Source: Escherichia coli (GTDB lineage: Bacteria; Pseudomonadota; Gammaproteobacteria; Enterobacterales; Enterobacteriaceae). From it: 64,000 nt of DNA. Of the stretch, positions 11,053 through 24,343 are shown piece by piece. How positions within the stretch are numbered: the stretch's first letter is position 1; each line of letters starts with the position of its first letter. The position numbers and the translations under genes were made by a program. The stretch lies in the NCBI RefSeq assembly GCF_044324785.1, contig NZ_CP172127.1. The stretch is one strand, 5' to 3'. The notes beneath the pieces are model-generated. The model was given only the letters and a program-made list of their open reading frames with translations. It ran no database searches and had not been told where the DNA came from.

Positions 11053-13667
11053 GTATCCTGACCCGGTGGTTGCTTATCCCGCCGGTCAACGCGCGGCTTA
11101 TCGGGCGTTATCGCGATTATCGTCGTCACGGCGCGTCGGCTTTCAGCGCGACGCTAGGCTGTTTTTGGTTGATCCTGGCCTGGATTTTTATTCCGCTGGA
11201 GCACCCGCGCTGGCAGCGTATTCGCGCAGAACATAAAAACCTGTATCCGCATATCAACGCCTCGCGTCCGCGTCCGCTGGACCCGGTCCGTTATCTCATT
11301 CAAACATGCTGGTTACTGATCGGTACATCGCGCAAAGAAACGCCGAAACCGCGCAGGCGGACATTTTCAGGTCTGCAGAATATTCGTGGACGTTACCATC
11401 AATGGATGAACGAGCTGCCTGAGCGCGTTAGCCATAAAACACAGCATCTCGATGAGAAAAAAGAACTCGGCCATTTGAGCGCAGGGGCGCGGCGGTTGAT
11501 CCTCGGTATCATCGTCACCTTCTCGCTGATTCTGGCGTTAATCTGCGTTACCCAGCCGTTTAACCCGCTGGCGCAGTTTATCTTCCTGATGCTGCTGTGG
11601 GGTGTAGCGCTGATCGTACGGCGGATGCCGGGGCGCTTCTCGGCGCTAATGTTGATTGTGCTGTCGCTGACCGTTTCTTGCCGTTATATCTGGTGGCGCT
11701 ACACCTCTACGCTGAACTGGGACGATCCTGTCAGCCTGGTGTGCGGGCTTATTCTGCTGTTCGCCGAAACGTACGCGTGGATTGTGCTGGTGCTCGGTTA
11801 CTTCCAGGTAGTATGGCCGCTGAATCGTCAGCCGGTGCCATTGCCGAAAGATATGTCGCTGTGGCCGTCGGTGGATATCTTTGTCCCGACTTACAACGAA
11901 GATCTCAACGTGGTGAAAAATACCATTTACGCCTCGCTGGGTATCGACTGGCCGAAAGACAAACTGAACATCTGGATCCTCGATGACGGCGGCAGGGAAG
12001 AGTTTCGCCAGTTTGCGCAAAACGTGGGGGTGAAATATATCGCCCGCACCACTCATGAACATGCGAAAGCGGGCAACATCAACAATGCGCTGAAATATGC
12101 CAAAGGCGAGTTCGTGTCGATTTTCGACTGCGACCACGTACCAACGCGATCGTTCCTGCAAATGACCATGGGCTGGTTCCTGAAAGAGAAACAGCTGGCG
12201 ATGATGCAGACTCCACACCACTTCTTCTCACCGGACCCGTTTGAACGCAACCTGGGGCGTTTTCGTAAAACACCGAACGAAGGCACGCTGTTCTATGGTC
12301 TGGTGCAGGATGGCAACGATATGTGGGACGCCACTTTCTTCTGCGGTTCCTGTGCGGTGATTCGCCGTAAGCCGCTGGATGAAATTGGCGGCATTGCTGT
12401 CGAAACTGTGACTGAAGATGCGCATACTTCTCTGCGTTTGCACCGTCGTGGCTATACCTCCGCGTATATGCGTATTCCGCAGGCGGCGGGGCTGGCGACC
12501 GAAAGTCTGTCGGCGCATATCGGTCAGCGTATTCGCTGGGCGCGCGGGATGGTGCAAATCTTCCGTCTCGATAACCCGCTCACCGGTAAAGGGCTGAAGT
12601 TTGCTCAGCGGCTGTGCTACGTCAACGCCATGTTCCACTTCTTGTCGGGCATTCCACGGCTGATCTTCCTGACTGCGCCGCTGGCGTTCCTGCTGCTTCA
12701 TGCCTACATCATCTATGCGCCAGCGTTGATGATCGCCCTGTTCGTGCTGCCGCATATGATCCATGCCAGCCTGACCAACTCCAAGATCCAGGGCAAATAT
12801 CGCCACTCTTTCTGGAGTGAAATCTACGAAACGGTGCTGGCGTGGTATATCGCACCACCGACGCTGGTGGCGCTGATTAACCCTCACAAAGGCAAATTTA
12901 ACGTCACCGCCAAAGGTGGACTGGTGGAAGAAGAGTACGTCGACTGGGTGATCTCGCGGCCCTACATCTTCCTTGTTCTGCTCAACCTGGTGGGCGTTGC
13001 GGTAGGCATCTGGCGCTACTTCTATGGCCCGCCAACCGAGATGCTCACTGTGGTCGTCAGTATGGTGTGGGTATTCTACAACCTGATTGTTCTTGGCGGC
13101 GCAGTTGCGGTATCGGTAGAAAGCAAACAGGTGCGCCGATCGCACCGCGTGGAGATGACGATGCCCGCGGCAATTGCCCGCGAAGATGGTCACCTCTTCT
13201 CGTGTACCGTTCAGGATTTCTCCGACGGTGGTTTGGGGATCAAGATCAACGGTCAGGCGCAGATTCTGGAAGGGCAGAAAGTGAATCTGTTGCTTAAACG
13301 CGGTCAGCAGGAATACGTCTTCCCGACCCAGGTGGCGCGCGTGATGGGTAATGAAGTTGGGTTGAAATTAATGCCGCTCACCACCCAGCAACATATCGAT
13401 TTTGTGCAGTGTACGTTTGCCCGTGCGGATACATGGGCGCTCTGGCAGGACAGCTATCCGGAAGATAAGCCGCTGGAAAGTCTGCTGGATATTCTGAAGC
13501 TCGGCTTCCGTGGCTACCGCCATCTGGCGGAGTTTGCGCCTTCTTCGGTGAAGGGCATATTCCGTGTGCTGACTTCTCTGGTTTCCTGGGTTGTATCGTT
13601 TATTCCGCGCCGCCCGGAGCGGAGCGAAACGGCACAACCATCGGATCAGGCTTTGGCTCAACAATGA
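11049..13667 (+). CDS. bcsA: Cellulose synthase catalytic subunit BcsA
   Basis: 872 aa from MSILTRW; glycosyltransferase and PilZ regions (QRIRWARG); 4-bp overlap with bcsQ. Confidence 0.92.
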   Translation: MSILTRWLLIPPVNARLIGRYRDYRRHGASAFSATLGCFWLILAWIFIPLEHPRWQRIRAEHKNLYPHINASRPRPLDPVRYLIQTCWLLIGTSRKETPKPRRRTFSGLQNIRGRYHQWMNELPERVSHKTQHLDEKKELGHLSAGARRLILGIIVTFSLILALICVTQPFNPLAQFIFLMLLWGVALIVRRMPGRFSALMLIVLSLTVSCRYIWWRYTSTLNWDDPVSLVCGLILLFAETYAWIVLVLGYFQVVWPLNRQPVPLPKDMSLWPSVDIFVPTYNEDLNVVKNTIYASLGIDWPKDKLNIWILDDGGREEFRQFAQNVGVKYIARTTHEHAKAGNINNALKYAKGEFVSIFDCDHVPTRSFLQMTMGWFLKEKQLAMMQTPHHFFSPDPFERNLGRFRKTPNEGTLFYGLVQDGNDMWDATFFCGSCAVIRRKPLDEIGGIAVETVTEDAHTSLRLHRRGYTSAYMRIPQAAGLATESLSAHIGQRIRWARGMVQIFRLDNPLTGKGLKFAQRLCYVNAMFHFLSGIPRLIFLTAPLAFLLLHAYIIYAPALMIALFVLPHMIHASLTNSKIQGKYRHSFWSEIYETVLAWYIAPPTLVALINPHKGKFNVTAKGGLVEEEYVDWVISRPYIFLVLLNLVGVAVGIWRYFYGPPTEMLTVVVSMVWVFYNLIVLGGAVAVSVESKQVRRSHRVEMTMPAAIAREDGHLFSCTVQDFSDGGLGIKINGQAQILEGQKVNLLLKRGQQEYVFPTQVARVMGNEVGLKLMPLTTQQHIDFVQCTFARADTWALWQDSYPEDKPLESLLDILKLGFRGYRHLAEFAPSSVKGIFRVLTSLVSWVVSFIPRRPERSETAQPSDQALAQQ

Positions 13668-13677
13668 TGATAACGCG

Positions 13678-16017
13678 ATGAAAAGAAAACTATTCTGGAT
13701 TTGTGCAGTGGCTATGGGGATGAGTGCGTTCCCCTCTTTCATGACGCAGGCGACGCCAGCAACGCAACCACTGATCAATGCTGAGCCAGCTGTAGCCGCC
13801 CAGACGGAACAAAATCCGCAGGTGGGGCAAGTGATGCCGGGCGTGCAGGGCGCTGATGCGCCAGTCGTGGCGCAGAACGGTCCTTCGCGTGATGTGAAGC
13901 TGACCTTTGCGCAAATTGCGCCGCCGCCGGGCAGCATGGTGCTACGTGGCATTAACCCGAACGGCAGCATTGAGTTTGGTATGCGCAGCGATGAAGTGGT
14001 GACGAAGGCGATGCTCAACCTCGAATACACGCCATCGCCATCGTTACTGCCTGTCCAGTCGCAGTTAAAGGTTTATCTCAATGATGAACTGATGGGCGTG
14101 CTGCCAGTGACCAAAGAACAGTTGGGTAAAAAAACACTGGCGCAAATGCCCATTAACCCACTGTTTATTACCGACTTCAACCGTGTGCGGCTGGAGTTTG
14201 TCGGCCATTATCAGGACGTGTGCGAAAACCCGGCCAGCACCACGCTTTGGCTGGATGTTGGGCGGAGCAGTGGACTGGATCTGACCTATCAGACCCTGAA
14301 TGTGAAGAATGACCTGTCACACTTCCCGGTGCCATTCTTTGACCCGCGTGATAACCGCACCAACACCTTGCCGATGGTCTTTGCGGGTGCGCCGGATGTT
14401 GGGCTGCAACAAGCATCTGCCATTGTCGCCTCGTGGTTTGGTTCGCGTTCTGGCTGGCGTGGGCAGAACTTCCCGGTGCTCTATAACCAACTGCCGGATC
14501 GCAATGCCATTGTCTTTGCAACCAACGACAAACGGCCGGACTTCCTGCGCGATCATCCGGCGGTAAAAGCCCCGGTGATTGAGATGATCAACCATCCGCA
14601 GAATCCTTACGTCAAACTGCTGGTGGTGTTTGGTCGTGACGACAAAGACCTGTTGCAGGCAGCGAAAGGTATCGCTCAGGGTAACATTCTGTTCCGTGGT
14701 GAAAGCGTGGTAGTGAATGAAGTGAAACCGCTGCTACCGCGTAAGCCGTACGATGCGCCGAACTGGGTGCGTACCGATCGTCCGGTCACCTTTGGTGAAC
14801 TGAAAACCTATGAAGAACAGTTACAATCCAGCGGTCTTGAGCCAGCAGCGATTAACGTTTCGCTAAACCTGCCGCCGGATCTCTACCTGATGCGCAGTAC
14901 CGGCATTGATATGGATATCAACTATCGCTACACCATGCCGCCGGTGAAAGACAGTTCGCGGATGGATATCAGCCTGAATAACCAGTTCCTGCAATCCTTC
15001 AACCTGAGCAGTAAACAGGAGGCGAACCGCCTGCTGCTGCGTATTCCGGTATTACAAGGTTTGCTGGATGGCAAAACGGATGTCTCTATTCCGGCGCTGA
15101 AACTGGGCGCGACCAACCAGTTGCGGTTCGACTTTGAGTATATGAACCCGATGCCGGGCGGTTCGGTGGATAACTGTATTACCTTCCAGCCGGTGCAGAA
15201 TCATGTGGTGATTGGTGACGACTCCACCATCGACTTCTCGAAGTATTACCACTTCATCCCGATGCCGGATCTACGCGCCTTTGCTAACGCGGGCTTCCCG
15301 TTCAGCCGGATGGCGGATCTGTCACAAACCATCACCGTGATGCCGAAAGCGCCTCACGAAGCACAGATGGAAACCTTGCTGAATACCGTTGGCTTTATCG
15401 GTGCGCAGACGGGCTTCCCGGCGATTAACCTGACGGTGACCGATGATGGCAGCACCATTCAGGGCAAAGATGCCGACATCATGATCGTCGGTGGTATCCC
15501 GGACAAACTGAAAGACGATAAGCAGATCGACCTGTTGGTGCAGGCGACCGAAAGCTGGGTGAAAACGCCGATGCGCCAGACCCTGTTCCCCGGCATTGTA
15601 CCGGATGAGAGCGATCGCGCGGCAGAAACTCAATCAACGCTGACCTCTTCCGGTGCGATGGCAGCGGTGATTGGCTTCCAGTCGCCGTATAACGACCAGC
15701 GTAGCGTGATTGCGCTGCTGGCAGATAGCCCGCGCGGTTATGAAATGCTTAACGATGCGGTGAACGATAGCGGCAAACGCGCCACCATGTTCGGTTCGGT
15801 CGCGGTGATCCGCGAGTCCGGTATCAATAGCCTGCGTGTTGGCGACGTCTATTACGTTGGCCATCTGCCGTGGTTCGAACGCTTATGGTATGCCCTGGCA
15901 AACCATCCGATTCTGCTGGCGGTGCTGGCGGCAATCAGCGTCGTGCTGCTGGCATGGGTACTGTGGCGTCTGCTGCGTATTATCAGCCGTCGTCGTCTTA
16001 ACCCGGATAACGAGTAA
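13678..16017 (+). CDS. bcsB: Cellulose synthase periplasmic subunit BcsB
   Basis: 779 aa from MKRKLFWICAV with signal peptide and C-terminal TM anchor. Confidence 0.92.
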   Translation: MKRKLFWICAVAMGMSAFPSFMTQATPATQPLINAEPAVAAQTEQNPQVGQVMPGVQGADAPVVAQNGPSRDVKLTFAQIAPPPGSMVLRGINPNGSIEFGMRSDEVVTKAMLNLEYTPSPSLLPVQSQLKVYLNDELMGVLPVTKEQLGKKTLAQMPINPLFITDFNRVRLEFVGHYQDVCENPASTTLWLDVGRSSGLDLTYQTLNVKNDLSHFPVPFFDPRDNRTNTLPMVFAGAPDVGLQQASAIVASWFGSRSGWRGQNFPVLYNQLPDRNAIVFATNDKRPDFLRDHPAVKAPVIEMINHPQNPYVKLLVVFGRDDKDLLQAAKGIAQGNILFRGESVVVNEVKPLLPRKPYDAPNWVRTDRPVTFGELKTYEEQLQSSGLEPAAINVSLNLPPDLYLMRSTGIDMDINYRYTMPPVKDSSRMDISLNNQFLQSFNLSSKQEANRLLLRIPVLQGLLDGKTDVSIPALKLGATNQLRFDFEYMNPMPGGSVDNCITFQPVQNHVVIGDDSTIDFSKYYHFIPMPDLRAFANAGFPFSRMADLSQTITVMPKAPHEAQMETLLNTVGFIGAQTGFPAINLTVTDDGSTIQGKDADIMIVGGIPDKLKDDKQIDLLVQATESWVKTPMRQTLFPGIVPDESDRAAETQSTLTSSGAMAAVIGFQSPYNDQRSVIALLADSPRGYEMLNDAVNDSGKRATMFGSVAVIRESGINSLRVGDVYYVGHLPWFERLWYALANHPILLAVLAAISVVLLAWVLWRLLRIISRRRLNPDNE

Positions 16018-16023
16018 TTGAAG

Positions 16024-17130
16024 ATGAATGTGTTGCGTAGTGGACTCGTGACGATGCTGCTGCTGGCTGCCTTTAGTGTTCAGGCAGCCTGCAACTGGCC
16101 TGCCTGGGAGCAGTTCAAAAAGGATTACATCAGTCAGGAAGGGCGCGTCATTGACCCAAGTGACGCGCGTAAAATCACCACCTCTGAAGGGCAAAGTTAC
16201 GGCATGTTCTTTGCCCTGGCGGCTAACGACCGTGCAGCTTTCGATAATATTCTCGACTGGACGCAGAACAATCTCGCTCAGGGTTCTTTAAAAGAACGTT
16301 TGCCCGCCTGGCTGTGGGGCAAGAAAGAGAACAGTAAGTGGGAAGTGCTGGACAGCAATTCGGCCTCCGATGGTGATGTCTGGATGGCCTGGTCGTTGCT
16401 GGAGGCGGGGCGTTTGTGGAAAGAGCAGCGTTATACCGACATCGGCAGCGCGTTGTTAAAACGTATTGCGCGGGAGGAAGTGGTGACGGTGCCTGGGCTG
16501 GGTTCCATGTTGTTGCCGGGCAAAGTGGGATTTGCAGAGGATAACAGCTGGCGTTTTAACCCCAGCTACCTGCCGCCGACGCTGGCGCAGTATTTCACCC
16601 GCTTTGGCGCGCCGTGGACTACGCTGCGCGAAACCAATCAACGTTTATTGCTGGAAACCGCCCCGAAAGGCTTTTCGCCAGACTGGGTGCGCTATGAGAA
16701 AGACAAAGGCTGGCAGCTAAAAGCCGAAAAAACATTGATCAGCAGCTACGACGCGATCCGCGTTTACATGTGGGTAGGCATGATGCCTGACAGCGATCCG
16801 CAAAAAGCGCGGATGCTCAACCGGTTTAAACCGATGGCGACATTCACCGAGAAAAACGGCTATCCGCCAGAAAAAGTGGATGTGGCTACGGGGAAAGCGC
16901 AGGGTAAAGGACCGGTCGGTTTTTCTGCCGCCATGCTGCCCTTTTTACAAAACCGCGATGCGCAGGCCGTTCAGCGCCAGCGCGTGGCCGATAACTTTCC
17001 CGGCAGCGATGCCTATTACAACTATGTGCTGACCCTGTTTGGACAAGGCTGGGATCAACACCGTTTCCGCTTCTCGACAAAAGGTGAGTTATTACCTGAC
17101 TGGGGCCAGGAATGCGCAAATTCACACTAA
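16024..17130 (+). CDS. bcsZ: Endo-1,4-beta-glucanase BcsZ (GH8)
   Basis: 368 aa with signal peptide; immediately after bcsB. Confidence 0.9.
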   Translation: MNVLRSGLVTMLLLAAFSVQAACNWPAWEQFKKDYISQEGRVIDPSDARKITTSEGQSYGMFFALAANDRAAFDNILDWTQNNLAQGSLKERLPAWLWGKKENSKWEVLDSNSASDGDVWMAWSLLEAGRLWKEQRYTDIGSALLKRIAREEVVTVPGLGSMLLPGKVGFAEDNSWRFNPSYLPPTLAQYFTRFGAPWTTLRETNQRLLLETAPKGFSPDWVRYEKDKGWQLKAEKTLISSYDAIRVYMWVGMMPDSDPQKARMLNRFKPMATFTEKNGYPPEKVDVATGKAQGKGPVGFSAAMLPFLQNRDAQAVQRQRVADNFPGSDAYYNYVLTLFGQGWDQHRFRFSTKGELLPDWGQECANSH

Positions 17131-20100
17131 ACATATTCACGCTTTCCCTCGGGCTGGCCGTCATGCCGATGGTCGAGGCAGCACCAACCGCTCAGCAACA
17201 GTTGCTGGAGCAAGTTCGGTTAGGCGAAGCGACCCATCGTGAAGACCTGGTGCAACAGTCGTTGTATCGGCTGGAACTTATTGATCCGAATAACCCGGAC
17301 GTCGTTGCCGCCCGTTTCCGTTCTCTGTTACGTCAGGGCGATATTGATGGCGCGCAAAAACAGCTCGATCGGCTGTCGCAGTTAGCGCCGAGTTCAAATG
17401 CGTATAAATCGTCGCGGACTACGATGCTGCTTTCCACGCCGGATGGTCGTCAGGCACTGCAACAGGCAAGATTGCAGGCGACGACTGGTCATGCAGAAGA
17501 AGCTGTGGCGAGTTACAACAAACTGTTCAACGGTGCGCCGCCGGAAGGTGACATTGCTGTCGAGTACTGGAGTACGGTGGCGAAAATTCCGGCTCGCCGT
17601 GGCGAAGCGATTAATCAGCTAAAACGCATTAATGCGGATACGCCGGGCAATACGGGCCTGCAAAACAATCTGGCGCTATTGCTGTTTAGTAGCGATCGCC
17701 GTGACGAAGGTTTTGCCGTCCTGGAACAGATGGCGAAATCGAACGCCGGGCGCGAAGGGGCCTCTAAAATCTGGTACGGGCAGATTAAAGACATGCCCGT
17801 CAGCGATGCCAGTGTGTCGGCGCTGAAAAAATATCTCTCGATATTTAGCGATGGCGATAGCGTGGCGGCTGCACAATCGCAACTGGCAGAACAGCAAAAA
17901 CAGCTGGCCGACCCTGCTTTCCGCGCTCGTGCGCAAGGTTTAGCGGCGGTGGACTCTGGTATGGCGGGTAAAGCCATTCCCGAACTACAACAGGCGGTGC
18001 GGGCGAACCCGAAAGACAGTGAGGCTCTGGGGGCGCTGGGCCAGGCGTATTCTCAGAAAGGCGATCGCGCCAATGCGGTGGCGAATCTGGAAAAAGCCCT
18101 CGCCCTGGATCCGCACAGCAGCAACAACGACAAATGGAACAGTCTCCTGAAAGTAAACCGCTACTGGCTGGCGATCCAGCAGGGCGATGCTGCGCTGAAA
18201 GCCAATAATCCTGACCGGGCAGAACGCCTGTTCCAGCAGGCGCGTAATGTCGATAACACCGACAGCTATGCAGTGCTGGGGCTGGGCGATGTGGCGATGG
18301 CGCGCAAAGATTATCCCGCCGCTGAACGCTATTACCAGCAGACGCTGCGTATGGACAGTAGCAACACTAACGCCGTGCGCGGGCTGGCGAAGATTTACCG
18401 CCAGCAGTCGCCAGAAAAAGCCGAAGCGTTTATCGCCTCGCTCTCTACCAGTCAGCGGCGCAGCATTGATGATATCGCACGCAGCCTGCAAAACGACCGT
18501 CTGGCACAGCAGGCAGAGGCACTGGAAAAGCAGGGCAAATGGGTGCAGGCGGCAGCACTTCAGCGGCAACGACTGGCGCTGGACCCCGGCAGTGTATGGA
18601 TTACTTACCGACTTTCACAGGATCTCTGGCAGGCCGGACAACGCAGCCAGGCTGATACATTAATGCGCAATCTGGCACAGCAGAAGCCGAACGACCCGGA
18701 GCAGGTTTACGCTTACGGGCTGTATCTCTCTGGCCATGACCAGGACAGAGCGGCGCTGGCGCATATCAACAGCCTGCCGCGCGCGCAGTGGAACAGCAAT
18801 ATTCAGGAACTGGTTAATCGCCTGCAAAGCGATCAGGTGCTGGAAACCGCTAATCGCCTGCGAGAAAGCGGCAAAGAGGCAGAAGCGGAAGCGATGCTGC
18901 GCCAGCAACCGCCTTCCTCGCGTATTGACCTCACGCTGGCTGACTGGGCGCAGCAGCGACGTGATTACACCGCCGCCCGCGCTGCTTATCAGAACGTTTT
19001 GACGCGGGAGCCAACTAACGCCGATGCCATTCTTGGTCTGACGGAAGTGGATATTGCTGCCGGTGACAAAGCGGCGGCACGTAGCCAGCTGGCGAAGCTG
19101 CCTGCCACCAATAACGCCTCGCTGAACACTCAGCGGCGCGTGGCGCTGGCACAGGCGCAGCTTGGCGATACCGCAGCGGCGCAGCAGACATTTAATCAGT
19201 TGATCCCGCAGGCAAAATCTCAGCCACCGTCGATGGAAAGCGCGATGGTGCTGCGCGACGGTGCGAAGTTTGAAGCACAGGCGGGCGATCCAAAGCAGGC
19301 GCTGGAAACCTACAAAGACGCCATGGTCGCATCCGGTGTGACCACGACGCGTCCGCAGGATAACGACACCTTTACCCGGCTGACCCGTAACGACGAGAAA
19401 GATGACTGGCTGAAACGCGGCGTGCGCAGCGATGCAGCGGACCTCTATCGCCAGCAGGATCTTAACGTCACCCTCGAGCACGATTACTGGGGTTCGAGCG
19501 GCACCGGTGGTTACTCCGATCTGAAAGCGCACACCACTATGTTGCAGGTGGACGCGCCGTATTCTGACGGGCGGATGTTCTTTCGCAGTGATTTCGTCAA
19601 TATGAACGTCGGCAGTTTCTCCACTAATGCCGATGGTAAATGGGATGACAACTGGGGCACCTGTACATTACAGGATTGTAGCGGCAACCGCAGCCAGTCG
19701 GATTCCGGTGCCAGCGTGGCGGTCGGTTGGCGAAATGACGTCTGGAGCTGGGATATCGGCACCACGCCGATGGGCTTCAACGTGGTGGATGTGGTCGGCG
19801 GCATCAGTTACAGCGATGATATCGGGCCGCTGGGTTACACCGTTAACGCCCACCGTCGGCCCATCTCCAGTTCTTTGCTGGCCTTTGGCGGGCAAAAAGA
19901 CTCCCCGAGCAATACCGGGAAAAAATGGGGCGGCGTGCGTGCCGACGGCGTGGGGCTAAGCCTGAGCTACGATAAAGGTGAAGCAAACGGCGTCTGGGCA
20001 TCGCTTAGCGGTGATCAGTTAACCGGTAAAAATGTCGAAGATAACTGGCGCGTGCGCTGGATGACGGGCTATTACTATAAGGTCATCAACCAGAACAATC

Positions 20101-20585
20101 GCCGCGTCACCATCGGCCTGAACAACATGATCTGGCATTACGACAAAGACCTGAGTGGTTACTCACTCGGTCAGGGCGGTTACTACAGCCCGCAGGAATA
20201 CCTGTCGTTTGCCATACCGGTGATGTGGCGGGAGCGCACGGAAAACTGGTCGTGGGAGCTGGGGGCGTCTGGCTCGTGGTCGCATTCACGCACCAAAACC
20301 ATGCCGCGTTATCCGCTGATGAATCTGATCCCGACCGACTGGCAGGAAGAAGCTGCGCGGCAATCGAACGATGGCGGCAGCAGTCAGGGCTTTGGCTACA
20401 CGGCGCGGGCATTACTTGAGCGACGTGTTACTTCCAACTGGTTTGTCGGCACGGCAATTGATATCCAGCAGGCGAAAGATTACGCACCCAGCCATTTCCT
20501 GCTCTACGTACGTTATTCCGCCGCCGGATGGCAGGGTGACATGGATTTACCGCCGCAGCCGCTGATACCTTACGCCGACTGGTAA
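17112..20585 (+). CDS. bcsC: Cellulose synthase outer membrane/TPR subunit BcsC
   Basis: 1157 aa, N-terminal signal peptide, TPR-like Ala-rich repeats and C-terminal beta-barrel-like region. Confidence 0.92.
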   Translation: MRKFTLNIFTLSLGLAVMPMVEAAPTAQQQLLEQVRLGEATHREDLVQQSLYRLELIDPNNPDVVAARFRSLLRQGDIDGAQKQLDRLSQLAPSSNAYKSSRTTMLLSTPDGRQALQQARLQATTGHAEEAVASYNKLFNGAPPEGDIAVEYWSTVAKIPARRGEAINQLKRINADTPGNTGLQNNLALLLFSSDRRDEGFAVLEQMAKSNAGREGASKIWYGQIKDMPVSDASVSALKKYLSIFSDGDSVAAAQSQLAEQQKQLADPAFRARAQGLAAVDSGMAGKAIPELQQAVRANPKDSEALGALGQAYSQKGDRANAVANLEKALALDPHSSNNDKWNSLLKVNRYWLAIQQGDAALKANNPDRAERLFQQARNVDNTDSYAVLGLGDVAMARKDYPAAERYYQQTLRMDSSNTNAVRGLAKIYRQQSPEKAEAFIASLSTSQRRSIDDIARSLQNDRLAQQAEALEKQGKWVQAAALQRQRLALDPGSVWITYRLSQDLWQAGQRSQADTLMRNLAQQKPNDPEQVYAYGLYLSGHDQDRAALAHINSLPRAQWNSNIQELVNRLQSDQVLETANRLRESGKEAEAEAMLRQQPPSSRIDLTLADWAQQRRDYTAARAAYQNVLTREPTNADAILGLTEVDIAAGDKAAARSQLAKLPATNNASLNTQRRVALAQAQLGDTAAAQQTFNQLIPQAKSQPPSMESAMVLRDGAKFEAQAGDPKQALETYKDAMVASGVTTTRPQDNDTFTRLTRNDEKDDWLKRGVRSDAADLYRQQDLNVTLEHDYWGSSGTGGYSDLKAHTTMLQVDAPYSDGRMFFRSDFVNMNVGSFSTNADGKWDDNWGTCTLQDCSGNRSQSDSGASVAVGWRNDVWSWDIGTTPMGFNVVDVVGGISYSDDIGPLGYTVNAHRRPISSSLLAFGGQKDSPSNTGKKWGGVRADGVGLSLSYDKGEANGVWASLSGDQLTGKNVEDNWRVRWMTGYYYKVINQNNRRVTIGLNNMIWHYDKDLSGYSLGQGGYYSPQEYLSFAIPVMWRERTENWSWELGASGSWSHSRTKTMPRYPLMNLIPTDWQEEAARQSNDGGSSQGFGYTARALLERRVTSNWFVGTAIDIQQAKDYAPSHFLLYVRYSAAGWQGDMDLPPQPLIPYADW

Positions 20586-20666
20586 GTTTTCAGATAGCGC
20601 CTCTCTTAATGCCGCTGCGATCGGGTATACTCGGGCGGCAATCTGGGATTTCCGGGGGGAGACAAT

Positions 20667-22655
20667 TTGCGCGTAAGTCGCTCGTTAACAATCAAGCAGA
20701 TGGCAATGGTGGCAGCCGTTGTCCTGGTGTTCGTTTTTATTTTTTGCACCGTTTTGCTGTTCCATCTGGTCCAGCAGAATCGCTATAACACGGCTACGCA
20801 ACTGGAAAGCATTGCTCGCTCTGTCCGCGAACCCTTATCTTCAGCTATTTTGAAAGGCGATATTCCCGAAGCGGAAGCTATTCTTGCCAGCATTAAACCG
20901 GCAGGCGTGGTCAGCCGTGCCGATGTGGTGCTGCCCAACCAGTTCCAGGCGCTGCGTAAAAGTTTTATTCCAGAGCGTCCGGTGCCGGTAATGGTTACTC
21001 GCCTGTTTGAGCTACCGGTGCAAATCTCGCTGGGCGTTTACTCGCTCGAACGTCCGGCAAATCCGCAGCCAATTGCCTATCTGGTGCTACAGGCGGATTC
21101 CTTCCGTATGTATAAGTTCGTGATGAGCACCCTCTCAACGTTAGTGACCATTTACTTACTTTTGTCGCTAATATTGACTGTGGCGATTAGCTGGTGCATT
21201 AACCGACTGATTTTGCATCCGTTACGCAATATTGCTCGTGAACTTAACGCCATCCCAGCCCAGGAGCTTGTTGGTCACCAACTGGCATTACCACGTCTGC
21301 ATCAGGACGATGAAATCGGTATGTTGGTGCGTAGTTACAACCTCAACCAGCAATTGCTGCAGCGCCATTATGAAGAACAGAACGAAAACGCGATGCGCTT
21401 CCCGGTGTCGGATTTGCCGAACAAAGCCTTGCTGATGGAGATGCTGGAGCAGGTGGTGGCGCGTAAACAAACTACCGCGCTGATGATCATCACCTGTGAA
21501 ACCCTGCGTGATACTGCGGGTGTGCTGAAAGAGGCGCAAAGAGAAATTCTGCTGCTGACGCTGGTGGAAAAACTCAAATCGGTACTGTCGCCACGTATGA
21601 TCCTCGCGCAGATTAGTGGTTATGACTTTGCTGTCATTGCCAATGGTGTACAGGAACCGTGGCACGCAATCACTTTAGGTCAGCAAGTGCTCACTATCAT
21701 GAGCGAGCGCCTGCCGATTGAACGTATTCAACTCCGTCCGCACTGTAGCATTGGCGTGGCGATGTTCTACGGCGATCTCACCGCCGAACAGCTTTACAGT
21801 CGCGCTATTTCTGCGGCATTTACCGCTCGCCATAAAGGCAAGAATCAGATTCAGTTCTTTGATCCGCAGCAGATGGAAGCCGCCCAACAGCGGTTGACGG
21901 AAGAGAGCGATATCCTTAATGCACTGGAAAATCATCAGTTTGCGATTTGGTTACAGCCACAGGTCGAGATGACCAGCGGTAAACTGGTCAGTGCGGAAGT
22001 GTTACTGCGTATCCAGCAACCGGATGGCAGTTGGGATCTGCCGGATGGCTTAATCGATCGCATTGAGTGCTGTGGGCTGATGGTTACCGTCGGTCACTGG
22101 GTGCTGGAAGAGTCCTGTCGACTGCTGGCTGCCTGGCAAGAGCGCGGCATTATGCTGCCCTTGTCGGTAAACCTCTCAGCGCTGCAACTGATGCACCCGA
22201 ATATGGTAGCGGATATGCTGGAACTGTTAACCCGCTATCGCATTCAGCCGGGAACACTGATTCTGGAAGTGACAGAAAGCCGACGTATTGACGACCCTCA
22301 TGCTGCGGTGGCAATCCTCCGTCCGTTGCGTAATGCCGGAGTTCGGGTGGCGCTGGATGATTTCGGCATGGGCTATGCGGGGCTGCGTCAGCTGCAGCAT
22401 ATGAAATCGTTGCCAATCGACGTACTGAAAATCGACAAAATGTTTGTTGAAGGCTTGCCGGAAGATAGCAGCATGATTGCTGCAATTATCATGTTGGCGC
22501 AAAGCCTGAACTTACAAATGATTGCCGAAGGCGTGGAGACTGAAGCACAACGCGACTGGCTGGCAAAAGCGGGCGTTGGTATTGCCCAGGGCTTCCTTTT
22601 TGCTCGCCCACTCCCTATTGAAATCTTCGAAGAGAGTTACCTGGAAGAAAAGTAG
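20667..22655 (+). CDS. pdeK: c-di-GMP phosphodiesterase PdeK (HAMP-GGDEF-EAL)
   Basis: 662 aa; N-terminal TM helix, degenerate GGDEF region and EAL domain; apparent TTG start after a GGGGGGAG run (ATG alternatives exist downstream). Confidence 0.85.
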   Translation: MRVSRSLTIKQMAMVAAVVLVFVFIFCTVLLFHLVQQNRYNTATQLESIARSVREPLSSAILKGDIPEAEAILASIKPAGVVSRADVVLPNQFQALRKSFIPERPVPVMVTRLFELPVQISLGVYSLERPANPQPIAYLVLQADSFRMYKFVMSTLSTLVTIYLLLSLILTVAISWCINRLILHPLRNIARELNAIPAQELVGHQLALPRLHQDDEIGMLVRSYNLNQQLLQRHYEEQNENAMRFPVSDLPNKALLMEMLEQVVARKQTTALMIITCETLRDTAGVLKEAQREILLLTLVEKLKSVLSPRMILAQISGYDFAVIANGVQEPWHAITLGQQVLTIMSERLPIERIQLRPHCSIGVAMFYGDLTAEQLYSRAISAAFTARHKGKNQIQFFDPQQMEAAQQRLTEESDILNALENHQFAIWLQPQVEMTSGKLVSAEVLLRIQQPDGSWDLPDGLIDRIECCGLMVTVGHWVLEESCRLLAAWQERGIMLPLSVNLSALQLMHPNMVADMLELLTRYRIQPGTLILEVTESRRIDDPHAAVAILRPLRNAGVRVALDDFGMGYAGLRQLQHMKSLPIDVLKIDKMFVEGLPEDSSMIAAIIMLAQSLNLQMIAEGVETEAQRDWLAKAGVGIAQGFLFARPLPIEIFEESYLEEK

Positions 22656-22688
22656 CTACCCCAAACTGATTACAAAACTTTAAAAAGT

Positions 22689-22719
22689 GCTGGTTTGTGC
22701 GAGCCAGCTCAAACTTTTT
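22689..22719 (+). terminator. Candidate hairpin after pdeK
   Basis: gctgg...ccagc stem followed by a T-rich tract. Confidence 0.35.
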
Positions 22720-22801
22720 AACCTTTTTGTTTCAATTATGATCCAGGTACATTTCTGTGATGTTGTCTGGGTGTTATTTTAAGGCCGCAGGTACCCCATA
22801 A

Positions 22802-24124
<1,323 letters not shown>

Positions 24125-24137
24125 TCTCACCACTTAT

Positions 24138-24170
24138 GCCCGCACTCCCTTCCCCGAGTGCGGGTGTTTG
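24138..24170 (+). terminator. Rho-independent terminator after dctA
   Basis: gcccgcactc ... gagtgcggg hairpin followed by tgtttg. Confidence 0.6.
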
Positions 24171-24343
24171 CGCATAATTGACCCCTGTGCCTGAACTTAC
24201 CACCTGGGTGAGTTCAGGTTTATTTCACTTCTTCCGTGACATTTTCATGTTCTTGCGGTCTAACACGAAGTGTTTTTAACGTCATTTAGACTGACCGACA
24301 ACGGGCAGTTTTTTATTACCAGGATAGTTGATCAGGGGTTCAC

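Noticed and set aside
12228-13193. 321-aa minus-strand ORF inside bcsA
   Set aside because: Antisense open frame in a GC-rich gene; bcsA on the plus strand is unambiguous.
18660-19532. 290-aa minus-strand ORF inside bcsC
   Set aside because: Antisense frame through the Ala-rich TPR region of bcsC.
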